A DNA stretch of 29,647 bases. Source: a virus. Lineage: Duplodnaviria > Caudoviricetes. Made by a program: the position numbers and the translations under genes. The notes beneath the pieces were generated by a model that was given only the letters and a program-made list of their open reading frames with translations, did no database searches and was not told the origin of the DNA. The stretch's first letter is position 1; every line of letters starts with the position of its first letter. Shown in pieces: positions 9,131 to 17,536 of this stretch. The stretch is from the IMG/VR virus record IMGVR_UViG_3300045000_000007, positions 1 through 29,647 of that record. One strand, 5' to 3'.

Positions 9131-9444
9131 AGGCTCTGATTGAGAGCCCCGAGAGTCAGCTTCGTGGCACCCGAGAGAATCGAGTTGAACTGGTCGGGAG
9201 TCAGGTCCTCGTATTCCGTAAGCGCCTTGAAGCCCTCTTCACCGATGAGCGCCACCAGGAGATTCGTCGCGGCAGGCAGCTCACCAATCGTCTTGGCTTC
9301 CCACAGGTATTTGAGCGCGACGTTCACCTTGGGCTTGGCAGGAATCTGGTAGACCTTGCCGTCGATGAAGAAGAGATCCATCATCTTGGGGTCTTCTTGA
9401 TTAGCCTGCCGCTCAATGGTGACGGGCGTGTAGTTCTCACTCAT
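9100..9444 (-). CDS. Tail assembly chaperone (G)
   Basis: 114 aa between major tail and TMP; LFFIDGKVYQIP; carries the slippery heptamer near its 3' end. Confidence 0.85.
   Translation of the reverse strand: MSENYTPVTIERQANQEDPKMMDLFFIDGKVYQIPAKPKVNVALKYLWEAKTIGELPAATNLLVALIGEEGFKALTEYEDLTPDQFNSILSGATKLTLGALNQSLGNSESGPGK
9124..9130 (-). other. -1 programmed ribosomal frameshift site G GGA AAC
   Basis: Plus-strand GTTTCCC; X XXY YYZ register matches the G frame, and a -1 shift enters the 8837..9103 ORF. Confidence 0.85.
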
Positions 9445-10013
9445 TACGCCGCCTCGCGCTCTTGGATCTTGTAAGACGCAATCGAGCTAGAGACGTAGTG
9501 AGTCGCCAGCGTGCACTTGAAGACGCTCTGCTCGTCCTTCTTGTAAGCGAATTCGACGTTGTCGACGCTCAGGACCTTTCGCAGGATGATCCGGCGACGC
9601 TCACCGTCTGGCCCATATCCGTCGATAATGACCGCGGAGTAGTTGGGCTGGGTTGCGCTGTTGGCATCCGCGGGTTCAAAAGTCTTGTAACCCGTGGCGT
9701 CGCTAACAGTGCCGCCGTTAAGTGAAAATTCCAGATTGTCGAGCGTGCCCTCAGCAAGCGAGAGTTCGACAGTCACCCGGCGCTTGACGAGACGGGATTC
9801 GGGAACGTCAACGATCTGGTCGACGTCCATCTCTTCGTACTCTTGCTCGATTGTGAGGTTCACGCCGTCCTTCGTGAAACCCACATCGGTCCAAGCACCA
9901 GAGTCAGGCACCGCGTCGAGCGCAGTAGTCGTGTCGGCAGGCTCCGTGGCACCGAAAGCGCCTCGATAAACCGTTGCCGGCCCCTGAATCAGGTTGGTGG
10001 TCATACCAGCCAT
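9444..10013 (-). CDS. Major tail (tube) protein
   Basis: 189 aa; NLIQGPATVY, WTDVGFTKDGVNL and VDQ motifs; position before the chaperones. Confidence 0.9.
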   Translation of the reverse strand: MAGMTTNLIQGPATVYRGAFGATEPADTTTALDAVPDSGAWTDVGFTKDGVNLTIEQEYEEMDVDQIVDVPESRLVKRRVTVELSLAEGTLDNLEFSLNGGTVSDATGYKTFEPADANSATQPNYSAVIIDGYGPDGERRRIILRKVLSVDNVEFAYKKDEQSVFKCTLATHYVSSSIASYKIQEREAA

Positions 10014-10035
10014 TTCGATTTCCCCTTATTTGCTA

Positions 10036-10392
10036 CTACGGAGCGACCAGGCTGAACGCCTGGAGCTTTAGGGCAGCGTGTTCAACATCGATCTGAATCG
10101 AATTGCCAAAGATTGATACTGGGAATGGGCCGAACCACTTCTTCACGCCGAACGCAATCGTCTCGATCTTGTCGCCGATAGGAAGTGCGTCACTCCCGAC
10201 AGTCCCCGGCGTCACAAACGTCACGTCGTATTCGGTATCGGCACTGGTATTGGCTACAGCCACGAAGATGTTCCGGCCGTTGTTGTTCACGACGACATTT
10301 CCGTTCACGACATCGCCAGCTGCGCCATCCGTTGCCGAAGGGGAAATCCCGTCGAGCGTGATGGCAGTCAGAGTTATAGCGGTCCTAGGCAT
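10036..10392 (-). CDS. Putative virion structural protein (beta-rich, 118 aa)
   Basis: Coupled start (TAATG); located in the neck-tail operon just before the major tail gene. Confidence 0.65.
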   Translation of the reverse strand: MPRTAITLTAITLDGISPSATDGAAGDVVNGNVVVNNNGRNIFVAVANTSADTEYDVTFVTPGTVGSDALPIGDKIETIAFGVKKWFGPFPVSIFGNSIQIDVEHAALKLQAFSLVAP

Positions 10393-10547
10393 TACTTCTC
10401 ACCCGGCTTTGGGACATCGGTACGTGATGTCCGCTGTTCTTCTTCGGAGTCCTCGACGAGAACGCCCTGACGCCGAAGGTTCTTTGCTTCTCGCTCAGAG
10501 ACCTCAATCTCAAAGCCGAAGGTCGTCTTATACCTCTTGTTCGGCAT
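10392..10547 (-). CDS. Hypothetical protein, 51 aa (not in ORF track)
   Basis: MPNKRYKTTFGFEIEVSEREAKNLRRQGVLVEDSEEEQRTSRTDVPKPGEK; TAATG overlaps at both ends fill the gap exactly. Confidence 0.75.
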   Translation of the reverse strand: MPNKRYKTTFGFEIEVSEREAKNLRRQGVLVEDSEEEQRTSRTDVPKPGEK

Positions 10548-11005
10548 TACTCACCCACCTTTACGACCCAGCTAAGGGCCATATCGAATTGCAGACGCGC
10601 GAAACCGGCCTCGTCACCAGGAACGCGACGTGGCTCAGTCAGTGGATATGCGGATAGAACTCGCGCCCGGTCGTACGTGTCCGCAGGAGTCAGCGAGACC
10701 GTGACGTTGGAGAGTTCCAGCAGATATGTGGCGTTGACGATCGTCTCTACGAGTACGCCCGCCTTACCCCACGGAGTCTTTTCCGAGTTGGGGTTGCAGG
10801 CCCAGCAGTCGATTTGAACGACTGGGGACCGTCGTGGGTTGTGAATCTCGGGAGACCCACCCACCACGCTTACTTGGACGAAGCCAAGTTCCGACCAGGT
10901 CGACGAATCCCCGGGGAGCGTTGTCGCAACGCTCGTGGTTGGGATGCCGGGAAGAGTCTTGAGCCAGGCGATAGCCACAAGCTCTGTAGATGGAGGAGCA
11001 GGCAT
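10547..11005 (-). CDS. Tail terminator/completion protein
   Basis: VATTLP, FVQVSVVGGSP, PVVQIDCWA and ARLQFDM motifs; position after the gp10-like gene. Confidence 0.75.
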   Translation of the reverse strand: MPAPPSTELVAIAWLKTLPGIPTTSVATTLPGDSSTWSELGFVQVSVVGGSPEIHNPRRSPVVQIDCWACNPNSEKTPWGKAGVLVETIVNATYLLELSNVTVSLTPADTYDRARVLSAYPLTEPRRVPGDEAGFARLQFDMALSWVVKVGE

Positions 11006-11007
11006 GG

Positions 11008-11295
11008 CTACTCACCACCCCTGCCGCGCTTCTGATAGAGCGCTGGACGCAGGAACGGCTGTGGCTGCATATGCCGAGTGCCCAGCTCCACATACGTGGC
11101 GTGATCGGCACCGGCAACGACTCGGCCCTGAGCCCTGTCGACTTCGATTGAGGCGACGAGCTGACCGGTATCAACCGGCGCGTAGCGACGCGCATCAGCG
11201 GCAATCTCTTCGAGGACTTCATTCCGGAATCGCAGAACTTCGGCTTCAAGAGCCGCGATTCCGTTCTTGTCCAAGTTCACGCGAACGCGAGACAC
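11008..11295 (-). CDS. HK97 gp10-family neck protein
   Basis: ARRYAPVDTGQLVASI and YVELGTRHMQPQPFLRPAL signature; AAGGAGG SD. Confidence 0.9.
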   Translation of the reverse strand: MSRVRVNLDKNGIAALEAEVLRFRNEVLEEIAADARRYAPVDTGQLVASIEVDRAQGRVVAGADHATYVELGTRHMQPQPFLRPALYQKRGRGGE

Positions 11296-11344
11296 CCTCG
11301 TCGCCTCCTTTACGTTGGCGATCAGTACTGCTGTTACGTTTGGC

Positions 11345-11710
11345 TCAGCCGTTTACGGGCCGAGAAAGGTTCCCTACGCGGAAAGCCGAAACTCGAACGT
11401 CGGCAAGTCCGACCATCGTCTTGGGATTCGAAACGTCAGTAACCTGGTAAATGGTGAAGTCGTCATCGTCAATGACGCGGTCGCTCTCATAAACAGCGAC
11501 GCCAGGCCGAAAACGGATTGTGTATTGCTCGACCAGCGTTCCGCGTTGCTCTGCTGGTCGGAATTTGCGTTGACGATCCTCAGAGATGGAGACCGGAAGC
11601 CCTGTCAGTCCATGTACCGGGAGTGAGTTGTCATCAATCTCATCGTCGTAGGCATCTACAGACGTGCCCCGGTAAATGCTGACCCGGTTGGAGGCGATGA
11701 AAGCCGTCAT
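11345..11710 (-). CDS. Head-tail joining (stopper) protein
   Basis: About 120 aa, beta-rich, DRVID...YQVTDV; follows the adaptor; start at 11710 chosen from the GGAGG SD. Confidence 0.7.
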   Translation of the reverse strand: MTAFIASNRVSIYRGTSVDAYDDEIDDNSLPVHGLTGLPVSISEDRQRKFRPAEQRGTLVEQYTIRFRPGVAVYESDRVIDDDDFTIYQVTDVSNPKTMVGLADVRVSAFRVGNLSRPVNG

Positions 11711-11712
11711 GA

Positions 11713-12153
11713 CTACATTCGCCTCCAACCGAGGTTCTCGAAGTAGCCACCGTCAGTCAGGAAGTCGCCCTCCGTTGCCCTGTTGCCCAGAGAGTCGGTC
11801 GACCGCACGTTTACCGAGCGGGACTTCCTCCACGTCAGGCGATCCAGACAACGCTTTGCAAGAGGAGCAATGATCATTGCGTCTGGCTCTGTAACCGTGA
11901 ACTGCATTCCGTCTTGGTTGACGTTCGAGACGTCAACTCGACTAAAGACATCTTGTTGGCCGGCTGCCCATGCAGCCTGATAACACACGGCCTGCTTGAG
12001 AAGGCGAATGTCTCTGGACTTGAGGTTCGAACGAGCTTCCTCGGTGACCCCTGCGTAAACGTCGATGACTCCCTGAGCCTCAGTAACGTCCTGCTCGACC
12101 ACGGCCACGCCCGTATAGGTCATGACGTCCGCAGTCGTTGCCCAGTTAGCCAT
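11713..12153 (-). CDS. Head-tail connector (adaptor) protein
   Basis: WATTADV N-terminus, LKQAVCYQAAW and IAPLAKRCL; position after the capsid. Confidence 0.75.
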   Translation of the reverse strand: MANWATTADVMTYTGVAVVEQDVTEAQGVIDVYAGVTEEARSNLKSRDIRLLKQAVCYQAAWAAGQQDVFSRVDVSNVNQDGMQFTVTEPDAMIIAPLAKRCLDRLTWRKSRSVNVRSTDSLGNRATEGDFLTDGGYFENLGWRRM

Positions 12154-12159
12154 CTCAGG

Positions 12160-12438
12160 TCACTTCCTGCCCTGAACCTGAACAGCCCAAGTGACGACCT
12201 TGTACTTGCCGTCTGCGGATTCCTTAGTTGACTCGACCTTCGCCTTACCGACGGGCCGATGGCCAAGCTGGATTGCTTCGAGCTCCACAGCGTTGGAGCA
12301 GTCCGTCACCTCAGCGCGAGCAGGAATCGTGAACTCACGCCGGAATACTGGTGCTTCTGATTCCCGAACCGTCTGCGATGCAGGCGTCTGCCGTTCCACT
12401 TGTGATGGAACTGCTGGCTGCTTCTTGGCTTCTGGCAT
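12160..12438 (-). CDS. Hypothetical head-region protein, 92 aa
   Basis: GGAGG SD before ATG 12438; between capsid and connector. Confidence 0.65.
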   Translation of the reverse strand: MPEAKKQPAVPSQVERQTPASQTVRESEAPVFRREFTIPARAEVTDCSNAVELEAIQLGHRPVGKAKVESTKESADGKYKVVTWAVQVQGRK

Positions 12439-12476
12439 CTCTCTTAGACCTCCCTTGGGTGGATAGCTGGCTCGCA

Positions 12477-12516
12477 CCCGGTCCGATGCAGATCGTTAGA
12501 CCCACATCGGACCGGG
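12477..12516 (-). terminator. Post-capsid stem-loop (attenuator or mRNA-stabilising hairpin)
   Basis: 12-bp perfect inverted repeat CCCGGTCCGATG / CATCGGACCGGG, 6 nt after the capsid stop; no U-tract. Confidence 0.65.
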
Positions 12517-12522
12517 CATCAC

Positions 12523-13482
12523 TTAGGAGGCAGCAGGGTTGTCTTCGAGAACTGCGAAGGCGTTCTCGTTCCCGACAGCGAAGCCGCGCCGGATGCGCGT
12601 CTTGAGAAGGACTTCGTCAGTAAGGAACGCAGCACCAGTGTCGGCACCAGCAAGCATGTACTCAGGGCCGGAACGGTCACCGACAACCATGAACTGGCGG
12701 TTGCCGACAATCAGCAGTGGGAAACCAGTCGGAGCGTCAGTCGCAGTAGCGTGCTTCTTAGCACCACGGGACCACGAAACCGGGAGACCAAAGAGGGTGT
12801 CAGCGGACGTACCCTGGCCACCACCAGCAGTGCCGTTGCTCGACTCGTTGAAGATCGGCCGGTTGCTGGAGTCCAGAACCCCACGAAGGATCTTCCGGTA
12901 AGACGGGTGGGCAATAACCACCATCTCGCCGTCCTGCCAGAAGTTCGAGTCCTCAACCAGACCGACAACGTTGGAAAGGTTCGTGTACGAGACCTCAGCA
13001 CCAACACCCGACGTCACGATGTTGGCATTCGCCGAGTAGCCCGTGGCGGAGTTGGCTTGCGTGAGCGCGTAGTAGACCGAGTTGAACGGAATGGTAGTGC
13101 CGTTCGCAACAGCGGTCGTACCGAGGCAAGCGTGATCGAAACCAACCGAGTGGGACCGCGCCCAGTCGAGCTGCTTCGTCTGGATGATATTGACAGCCTG
13201 AGTGCTGTCCTTGATGTCCTCGTCCGCAATTCGAACGACGACACCGAACTTCCGAGCAGTCAGGAGAACTTCGTCGTTGGTGCTTCCGTCCTCGGTGTAG
13301 GCAACACCCTTACCGACTGCACCAACGAAAGTCACACCGCCAGAGCGGGGAACGTGCTTGGTGTCGGTACCCATAGGCTCATGCCGCGCGAAAGCCTCAA
13401 CGGCAGAAGTAGCCTGGATCTTCGTGACAACGGCGCCGCCATACTCTTCCGGCACCCAGGCATCAAAGTTCTGACGACCCAT
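12523..13482 (-). CDS. Major capsid protein (HK97 fold)
   Basis: WVPEEY, EVLLTARKFGVVVRIADE, LRGVLDSSNRPIF, TLFGLPV and RRGFAVGNENAFAVL motifs; AAAGGGG SD before ATG 13482. Confidence 0.93.
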   Translation of the reverse strand: MGRQNFDAWVPEEYGGAVVTKIQATSAVEAFARHEPMGTDTKHVPRSGGVTFVGAVGKGVAYTEDGSTNDEVLLTARKFGVVVRIADEDIKDSTQAVNIIQTKQLDWARSHSVGFDHACLGTTAVANGTTIPFNSVYYALTQANSATGYSANANIVTSGVGAEVSYTNLSNVVGLVEDSNFWQDGEMVVIAHPSYRKILRGVLDSSNRPIFNESSNGTAGGGQGTSADTLFGLPVSWSRGAKKHATATDAPTGFPLLIVGNRQFMVVGDRSGPEYMLAGADTGAAFLTDEVLLKTRIRRGFAVGNENAFAVLEDNPAAS

Positions 13483-13617
13483 TTCGTTCAAACCCCTTTG
13501 TCGGGAACTGCAATCGGATGGGTTGCCCTGTTCCCATCACGGTCCCGAAGGGCGAACTGCTATGTGGCTATTTGAGCGGCACCATCACGGCACCAGCCAC
13601 CGATACCACTGATTGTA
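13483..13617 (-). promoter_or_regulatory. Candidate dedicated capsid promoter and structured 5' leader
   Basis: TACAAT -10 box at 13612-13617; leader holds two CCGTGATGG hairpins (13582-13590 and 13534-13542) inside longer imperfect stems. Confidence 0.55.
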
Positions 13618-13653
13618 CGGCAACGCGCTGCCCCCACACTACTTAGCGAGAGG

Positions 13654-13908
13654 TCACAAGTAGGGGTCGGCGCGGCGAAAAGCCGTCGACTGACTAATAC
13701 CTGTAATTCGCGCAATCTGCGGCCAGGAATGACCACGACGGTGCAATTCAGCCAGCAGTTTTCCACTGTATTCCGGTGCACGGTCACGGATCTGTTCGGC
13801 CTGCTGGGCGCCAACGACTAGGTCATCTTCGTTCAGACTCGACAAATCCTCAGCCAGTAGCCGCGCGAGGTTCGCCAACGCAGCTGAGTCATCCGAGTCC
13901 CTTGCCAC
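13654..13908 (-). CDS. Small HTH DNA-binding protein, 84 aa; likely repressor of the inserted cassette
   Basis: GHSWPQIARITGISQSTAFRRA HTH; GTG 13908 lies 7 nt after a TAGCTT -10-like box (leaderless). Confidence 0.75.
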   Translation of the reverse strand: MARDSDDSAALANLARLLAEDLSSLNEDDLVVGAQQAEQIRDRAPEYSGKLLAELHRRGHSWPQIARITGISQSTAFRRADPYL

Positions 13909-13952
13909 AGTTGGCAAGCTAGGCCACGATGGCCTTTCCAGTCTTGGAAAGG
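13901..13952. promoter_or_regulatory. Two related palindromic operators overlapping divergent promoters
   Basis: CTTGCCA-N4-TGGCAAG (13901-13918) and CCTTTCCA-N4-TGGAAAGG (13933-13952); rightward TTGCCA-N17-CACGAT. Confidence 0.7.
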
Positions 13953-13960
13953 AACACGGC

Positions 13961-14167
13961 ATGATGAACCTGGTCAAGCACAGGCGAGGCAGACGACGTG
14001 GACACGGCCACGGGAGGCCACCTACATACCCGTACCCCCTGGCGGAGCCTGCACGGCAGCACATCAGCGCGCTACGGATCACGGTTGTCGTCCTGGTGGT
14101 GCTTGCCCTGATCACAGTCGCCTTGCTCGTCGCCACAGTCCTGACCTCGTGCAGGTGTCCGACATGA
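13961..14167 (+). CDS. Small single-pass membrane protein, 68 aa
   Basis: AAAGGA SD; basic N-terminus; hydrophobic ITVVVLVVLALITVALLVATVL; ATGA coupling to the next ORF. Confidence 0.6.
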   Translation: MMNLVKHRRGRRRGHGHGRPPTYPYPLAEPARQHISALRITVVVLVVLALITVALLVATVLTSCRCPT

Positions 14168-14409
14168 CCTCTCGGGACGTGCAGGCAGCTCGTCGAGTCC
14201 TGAACGCCAAGCACCTCACGGAGGAGCAGCGGCGTGCCCTGGCGGTGGTCCTGCTGGCTCTGGGCTCGCAGCCCCTCGAAGAGCCGCTGGGGACGGTCTA
14301 CGACGTGGCCGTCCAGTACCTCACCCAGCAGGACGAAGCCCGCACAGGCCATCTCAGGGCGCTCTGTGACGGCCGTGGGTGCGACGAACCGAGAGGCCCT
14401 GTGCGATGA
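14164..14409 (+). CDS. Hypothetical protein, 81 aa
   Basis: ATGA overlaps at both ends; high-GC codon pattern. Confidence 0.65.
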   Translation: MTSRDVQAARRVLNAKHLTEEQRRALAVVLLALGSQPLEEPLGTVYDVAVQYLTQQDEARTGHLRALCDGRGCDEPRGPVR

Positions 14410-14663
14410 CCTACCCACCGCAGCAACCTCCGCAGCCGCCCATCCCTCCGCCGATGCCCGTGCTCCGCAACATCAGCCACGGCGCGCACTTCATCGCCAC
14501 GCTCCTGACGTTCGGACTCTGGGCACCGCTCTGGCTCATCGCGAGTGCGAACACCAGCCGGCTCAACCGCAAGCGCCAACGCGAGTACGCAGAGGCCATG
14601 GCGAGGTACGAGTACAACCGCGCTGAGTACAACCGGTGGCGAGACAGGATGGAGGGTCGGTAG
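14406..14663 (+). CDS. Small membrane protein, 85 aa (Pro-rich N-terminus, HGxH-TFGxW membrane segment, charged tail)
   Basis: MTYPPQQPP...ISHGAHFIATLLTFGLWAPLWLIA...; ATGA coupled. Confidence 0.75.
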   Translation: MTYPPQQPPQPPIPPPMPVLRNISHGAHFIATLLTFGLWAPLWLIASANTSRLNRKRQREYAEAMARYEYNRAEYNRWRDRMEGR

Positions 14664-14827
14664 ACCGGTGCGGTACCTCCGGCGCCGTCCACAACCGACT
14701 TGCACAGTGCCGCATCGTCGTTGGCGGCCTCTGTGGCTCCGCCATCGCTTCTCGGCATCTCGACCTTCCCCCCGTCGTCCGTTGCGGGGATGGGGGCCGA
14801 GTTCGAAACGCTCTTAACCGCGCAAAG

Positions 14828-14868
14828 AGAAGACCCGCCGAACTCGGTATGAGAACGGCGGGTCTTCT
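14828..14868. terminator. Probable bidirectional terminator between the inserted operon and the scaffold gene
   Basis: 13-bp perfect inverted repeat AGAAGACCCGCCG / CGGCGGGTCTTCT with pyrimidine-rich tails on both strands. Confidence 0.8.
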
Positions 14869-14883
14869 TCTATTTCCTAGTAG

Positions 14884-15519
14884 CTACCGCTTGCCGAACA
14901 GTTGATCGGTGATGGTCTGGGCAGAACTCTTCACCTTGTTGCTTGCCCGATCGCTCTTGTCAGCACCATCAACGCCACCACCCGGCCTCCCGTTGCGTCG
15001 AGCAGCGAACAGCTCAGGGAAGTCGGCCTTGATCTCGTCAATCTGCTCTTCGAGACCTTCGACGTTGCCATCCTCATCAACATCAAGATCCGCGAGATCC
15101 AGAAGTCGAATGGCCCTCTTCATCGCGGCATCTCCGCTCTTGCCAGAGACGAGACCGGCCTCAGCGAACGCAGCACGAGCCGCAGTGCGGACGACAGTTG
15201 GCTTCCACTTGGCCTCAGCAGCAGTCTCGCTCTCACGGCGGATCTCATCGACGTTGGGCGCTCCCTCTTCGGAGCCAGCTCCACCAGTCGCCGTGCCCGA
15301 ACCACCCTTGGCGGTCCGCTTCGCCGTGCGTGCATCCTTGCGAGCTTTGGTCAGGGCTTCACGGAGAGCTGCCCAGTCGGCCGCCGTGACGGGCTTGCCG
15401 TCTTCCCTCAGCGCGGGCTCGTCCTGGCCCTCAGCGCCGTCCTGTGCGTCCGTCGTGACGTCCTCGGCCTCCTGGCCCTCGACGTCCTCTCGCTCGTCCT
15501 GCTCGATCGTGGGGGCCAT
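14884..15519 (-). CDS. Capsid scaffolding protein
   Basis: Acidic N-terminus, coiled coil, IDEIKADFPELF and SSAQTITDQLFG C-terminus; follows the portal; AAGGAG SD with TGATG coupling. Confidence 0.85.
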   Translation of the reverse strand: MAPTIEQDEREDVEGQEAEDVTTDAQDGAEGQDEPALREDGKPVTAADWAALREALTKARKDARTAKRTAKGGSGTATGGAGSEEGAPNVDEIRRESETAAEAKWKPTVVRTAARAAFAEAGLVSGKSGDAAMKRAIRLLDLADLDVDEDGNVEGLEEQIDEIKADFPELFAARRNGRPGGGVDGADKSDRASNKVKSSAQTITDQLFGKR

Positions 15520-16847
15520 CACGGCACACTCCTTGTTGCATTAGTTGGCTGAGATTCACTCTCAGCAATCCAGCTATCGACTTGGCTCTGTGGGTAGCCG
15601 GCCTCCATAAGAGACTGACGAAGTGGCACCCCTGCGGCTTGCTTTGCCTGCACGGTTTGCCAGCCAGTGAGGTCGTCAACAACCTTCACTGGACGCCACA
15701 CGACTTCCACGGCCTCGACTTCGTGACCAGCCACCTTCATGGCGAAAGTCAGAGTGTCGTTCCAATCAGAACTAAACCATTGCTGCCTGTCAGTGATCTT
15801 CTCTGAAAGTGGTGCTTCGTCCGCGCGGAGTGCTTCGCCTGATGGGATCTGGCCTTGAGGGTCGAAGAAGCGAAGTGGAGTAGCTGTAGCTGATGCCATG
15901 AGTCGGGTGTAGACACCGACAGGCTTGAGGAAGTTGTCTGGGTTGGCTGGTTGCAGCTCACCCACGGCGGATGCGCCAGGAAGCTTCCAGATTTTGCCGG
16001 GACCACTCTCAAGATCCGAATCGCGGCCAGGCTCAGCCGTATCGTCATCGGCCCAGTCGACTAGGTCATCGGTGCCGTTGTTCATCAGGACGTAGCGTTG
16101 CGGGAAGCCCTGGAAGTCCGTAGTCGCCATCTGCGTCACGATGAGCTTGGTGATGGCGTTCTGAGGTCCGAATGCATCTGCGTGTTCCGGCCGCCCGTAC
16201 GGCTCATCGGTACGGAAGTGGAAGACTGGTACTTCACCGTAAGGATTCGGGATCGGCCACTCTTCGGTGTCACTCGCCACGTACTCCATGAAATCCGCAT
16301 CAGAGTCGTAGACGCCGTCGCGCTTCGAGATGTACTTCTCAATGCGGTTTGCGTAGTACAGATTGACTCGCAGCTTCGCGCCGTCCTCCCACACCTTGGC
16401 GGCGAACTGCTTCCGACGTGGATTCTCTTCGTCGTAGAACACCCGTGTAGTAATTGGCGAGTTGTAGAAGACGTCTACCGAGCCCTCATCCTCACCATGC
16501 CACACGATCTGGTAGGCGTCCCCGTACATCAGCCCGGCGCGATGAGTGACCTTCTCGTATCGGTCAAGCTTGTTGCGATTCCAGACGACTTCATCCAGGA
16601 TCTCGCCTGCTGCATCATCGCCTGGCACCGTCAACGAAGTAATCTTCATTCGATCCAGGACAGCGTCTACTGGCCTTCGAGCAAGATTCACACGGAAGCC
16701 ATTACTCGCTTGAGCAAGTCGGCGCGCTACAGCACTATCAGAAGTGAACAGCTCACCGACCCTACCGAAGTAGTAATCCTCCGCGAGCTTGTATTCCGCA
16801 ACATGTTCGCGGATTTCACGAACGGCACGGAGGAGATCGGACACCAT
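15519..16847 (-). CDS. Portal protein (SPP1 gp6-like)
   Basis: DYYFG, NLARRPVDA, YGDAY, NPYGEVPVFHF, FQGFPQRY and PSGEALRA motifs. Confidence 0.92.
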   Translation of the reverse strand: MVSDLLRAVREIREHVAEYKLAEDYYFGRVGELFTSDSAVARRLAQASNGFRVNLARRPVDAVLDRMKITSLTVPGDDAAGEILDEVVWNRNKLDRYEKVTHRAGLMYGDAYQIVWHGEDEGSVDVFYNSPITTRVFYDEENPRRKQFAAKVWEDGAKLRVNLYYANRIEKYISKRDGVYDSDADFMEYVASDTEEWPIPNPYGEVPVFHFRTDEPYGRPEHADAFGPQNAITKLIVTQMATTDFQGFPQRYVLMNNGTDDLVDWADDDTAEPGRDSDLESGPGKIWKLPGASAVGELQPANPDNFLKPVGVYTRLMASATATPLRFFDPQGQIPSGEALRADEAPLSEKITDRQQWFSSDWNDTLTFAMKVAGHEVEAVEVVWRPVKVVDDLTGWQTVQAKQAAGVPLRQSLMEAGYPQSQVDSWIAESESQPTNATRSVP

Positions 16848-16934
16848 GCCACAAGAATAGCTCGTCGCATGGCACCCGCGCACCTCTCGGGCCGCATTGC
16901 GAATTCTGACTATCCGATTTCTAGGTGAATTATC

Positions 16935-17495
16935 CTACTTCGCACCCAGGTCTTCTCGGGCTTGCTCCAAGAAATGCTGAACATCGTCTTGAAGGTCGAT
17001 CGGTGGAAAACTTCCGGTTAGGGCCGCGATAGCGGCTTTGGGTTCCACTTCTGGAGAGACGCGATGAAGCTGCGTATTAGTTGTATCAACGAATCGTCCG
17101 ACGAAGTCCATCTCGAAGAGAAGCGCGGACGATAGCTCCGCTGCACGCTCCGATCCGATAAGCCGTACAGTTACAACAGCTGCACTGCTCTCATCTAGTT
17201 CAGACGCAACCTTCGTTGCCAGTTCGTCAAATTCGTCAACTACGAGGGGCCTCTCCCCATTATCAACAGCTGATGCATACGCGAAGGCTTTGTTCGCGCT
17301 CATATAGAAGTCCTGGTACTCCGATAAGACTGCCGCGTACGCAACCCTCCGTTCCTCCCTTAAGAACCCAGCTGTGGCTTGCTGACCTTGCTGGCCGATC
17401 GCCAAAAGGCCGAAGACGCCCGCTATCAGTGCCGCAACGACACTCCCGCCAACCAGTGCGCCAAGCAGGAGGTCTCGTCTCTCCCGCGAAACCAT
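16935..17495 (-). CDS. Moron-like membrane-anchored hypothetical protein
   Basis: N-terminal TM segment then REERRVAYAAVL helical domain; inserted between terL and portal; TACCAT box 5 nt before the ATG. Confidence 0.65.
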   Translation of the reverse strand: MVSRERRDLLLGALVGGSVVAALIAGVFGLLAIGQQGQQATAGFLREERRVAYAAVLSEYQDFYMSANKAFAYASAVDNGERPLVVDEFDELATKVASELDESSAAVVTVRLIGSERAAELSSALLFEMDFVGRFVDTTNTQLHRVSPEVEPKAAIAALTGSFPPIDLQDDVQHFLEQAREDLGAK

Positions 17496-17536
17496 CCCGC
17501 ATGGTAAGTCCAACTGCTAGATCAAAGATAGTGGCC

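Noticed and set aside
10412-10432. GGACATC/GATGTCC inverted repeat
   Set aside because: Short, inside a coding ORF, and not the CCGTGATGG motif; probably chance.
13961-14167. Lipobox LTSC or holin call
   Set aside because: Only four residues follow the Cys, and there is no adjacent endolysin; kept as a generic membrane protein.
14164-14409. LTEEQRRALAVVLL as a second RDF-like motif
   Set aside because: Lacks the APP prefix; LTxEQR is a generic helix-capping pattern.
13654-14418. 254-aa version of the HTH ORF
   Set aside because: The upstream part overlaps the coupled plus-strand operon; only 13654..13908 looks like a protein and has a promoter-like box.
13618-14883. Insert as an invertible switch or IS element
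   Set aside because: No terminal inverted repeats, target duplication or transposase found by eye.
12751-16928. Long plus-strand ORFs (12751..13575, 14902..15552, 14909..15544, 16098..16928)
   Set aside because: Antisense shadows of capsid, scaffold and portal; no motifs; expected in GC-rich DNA.
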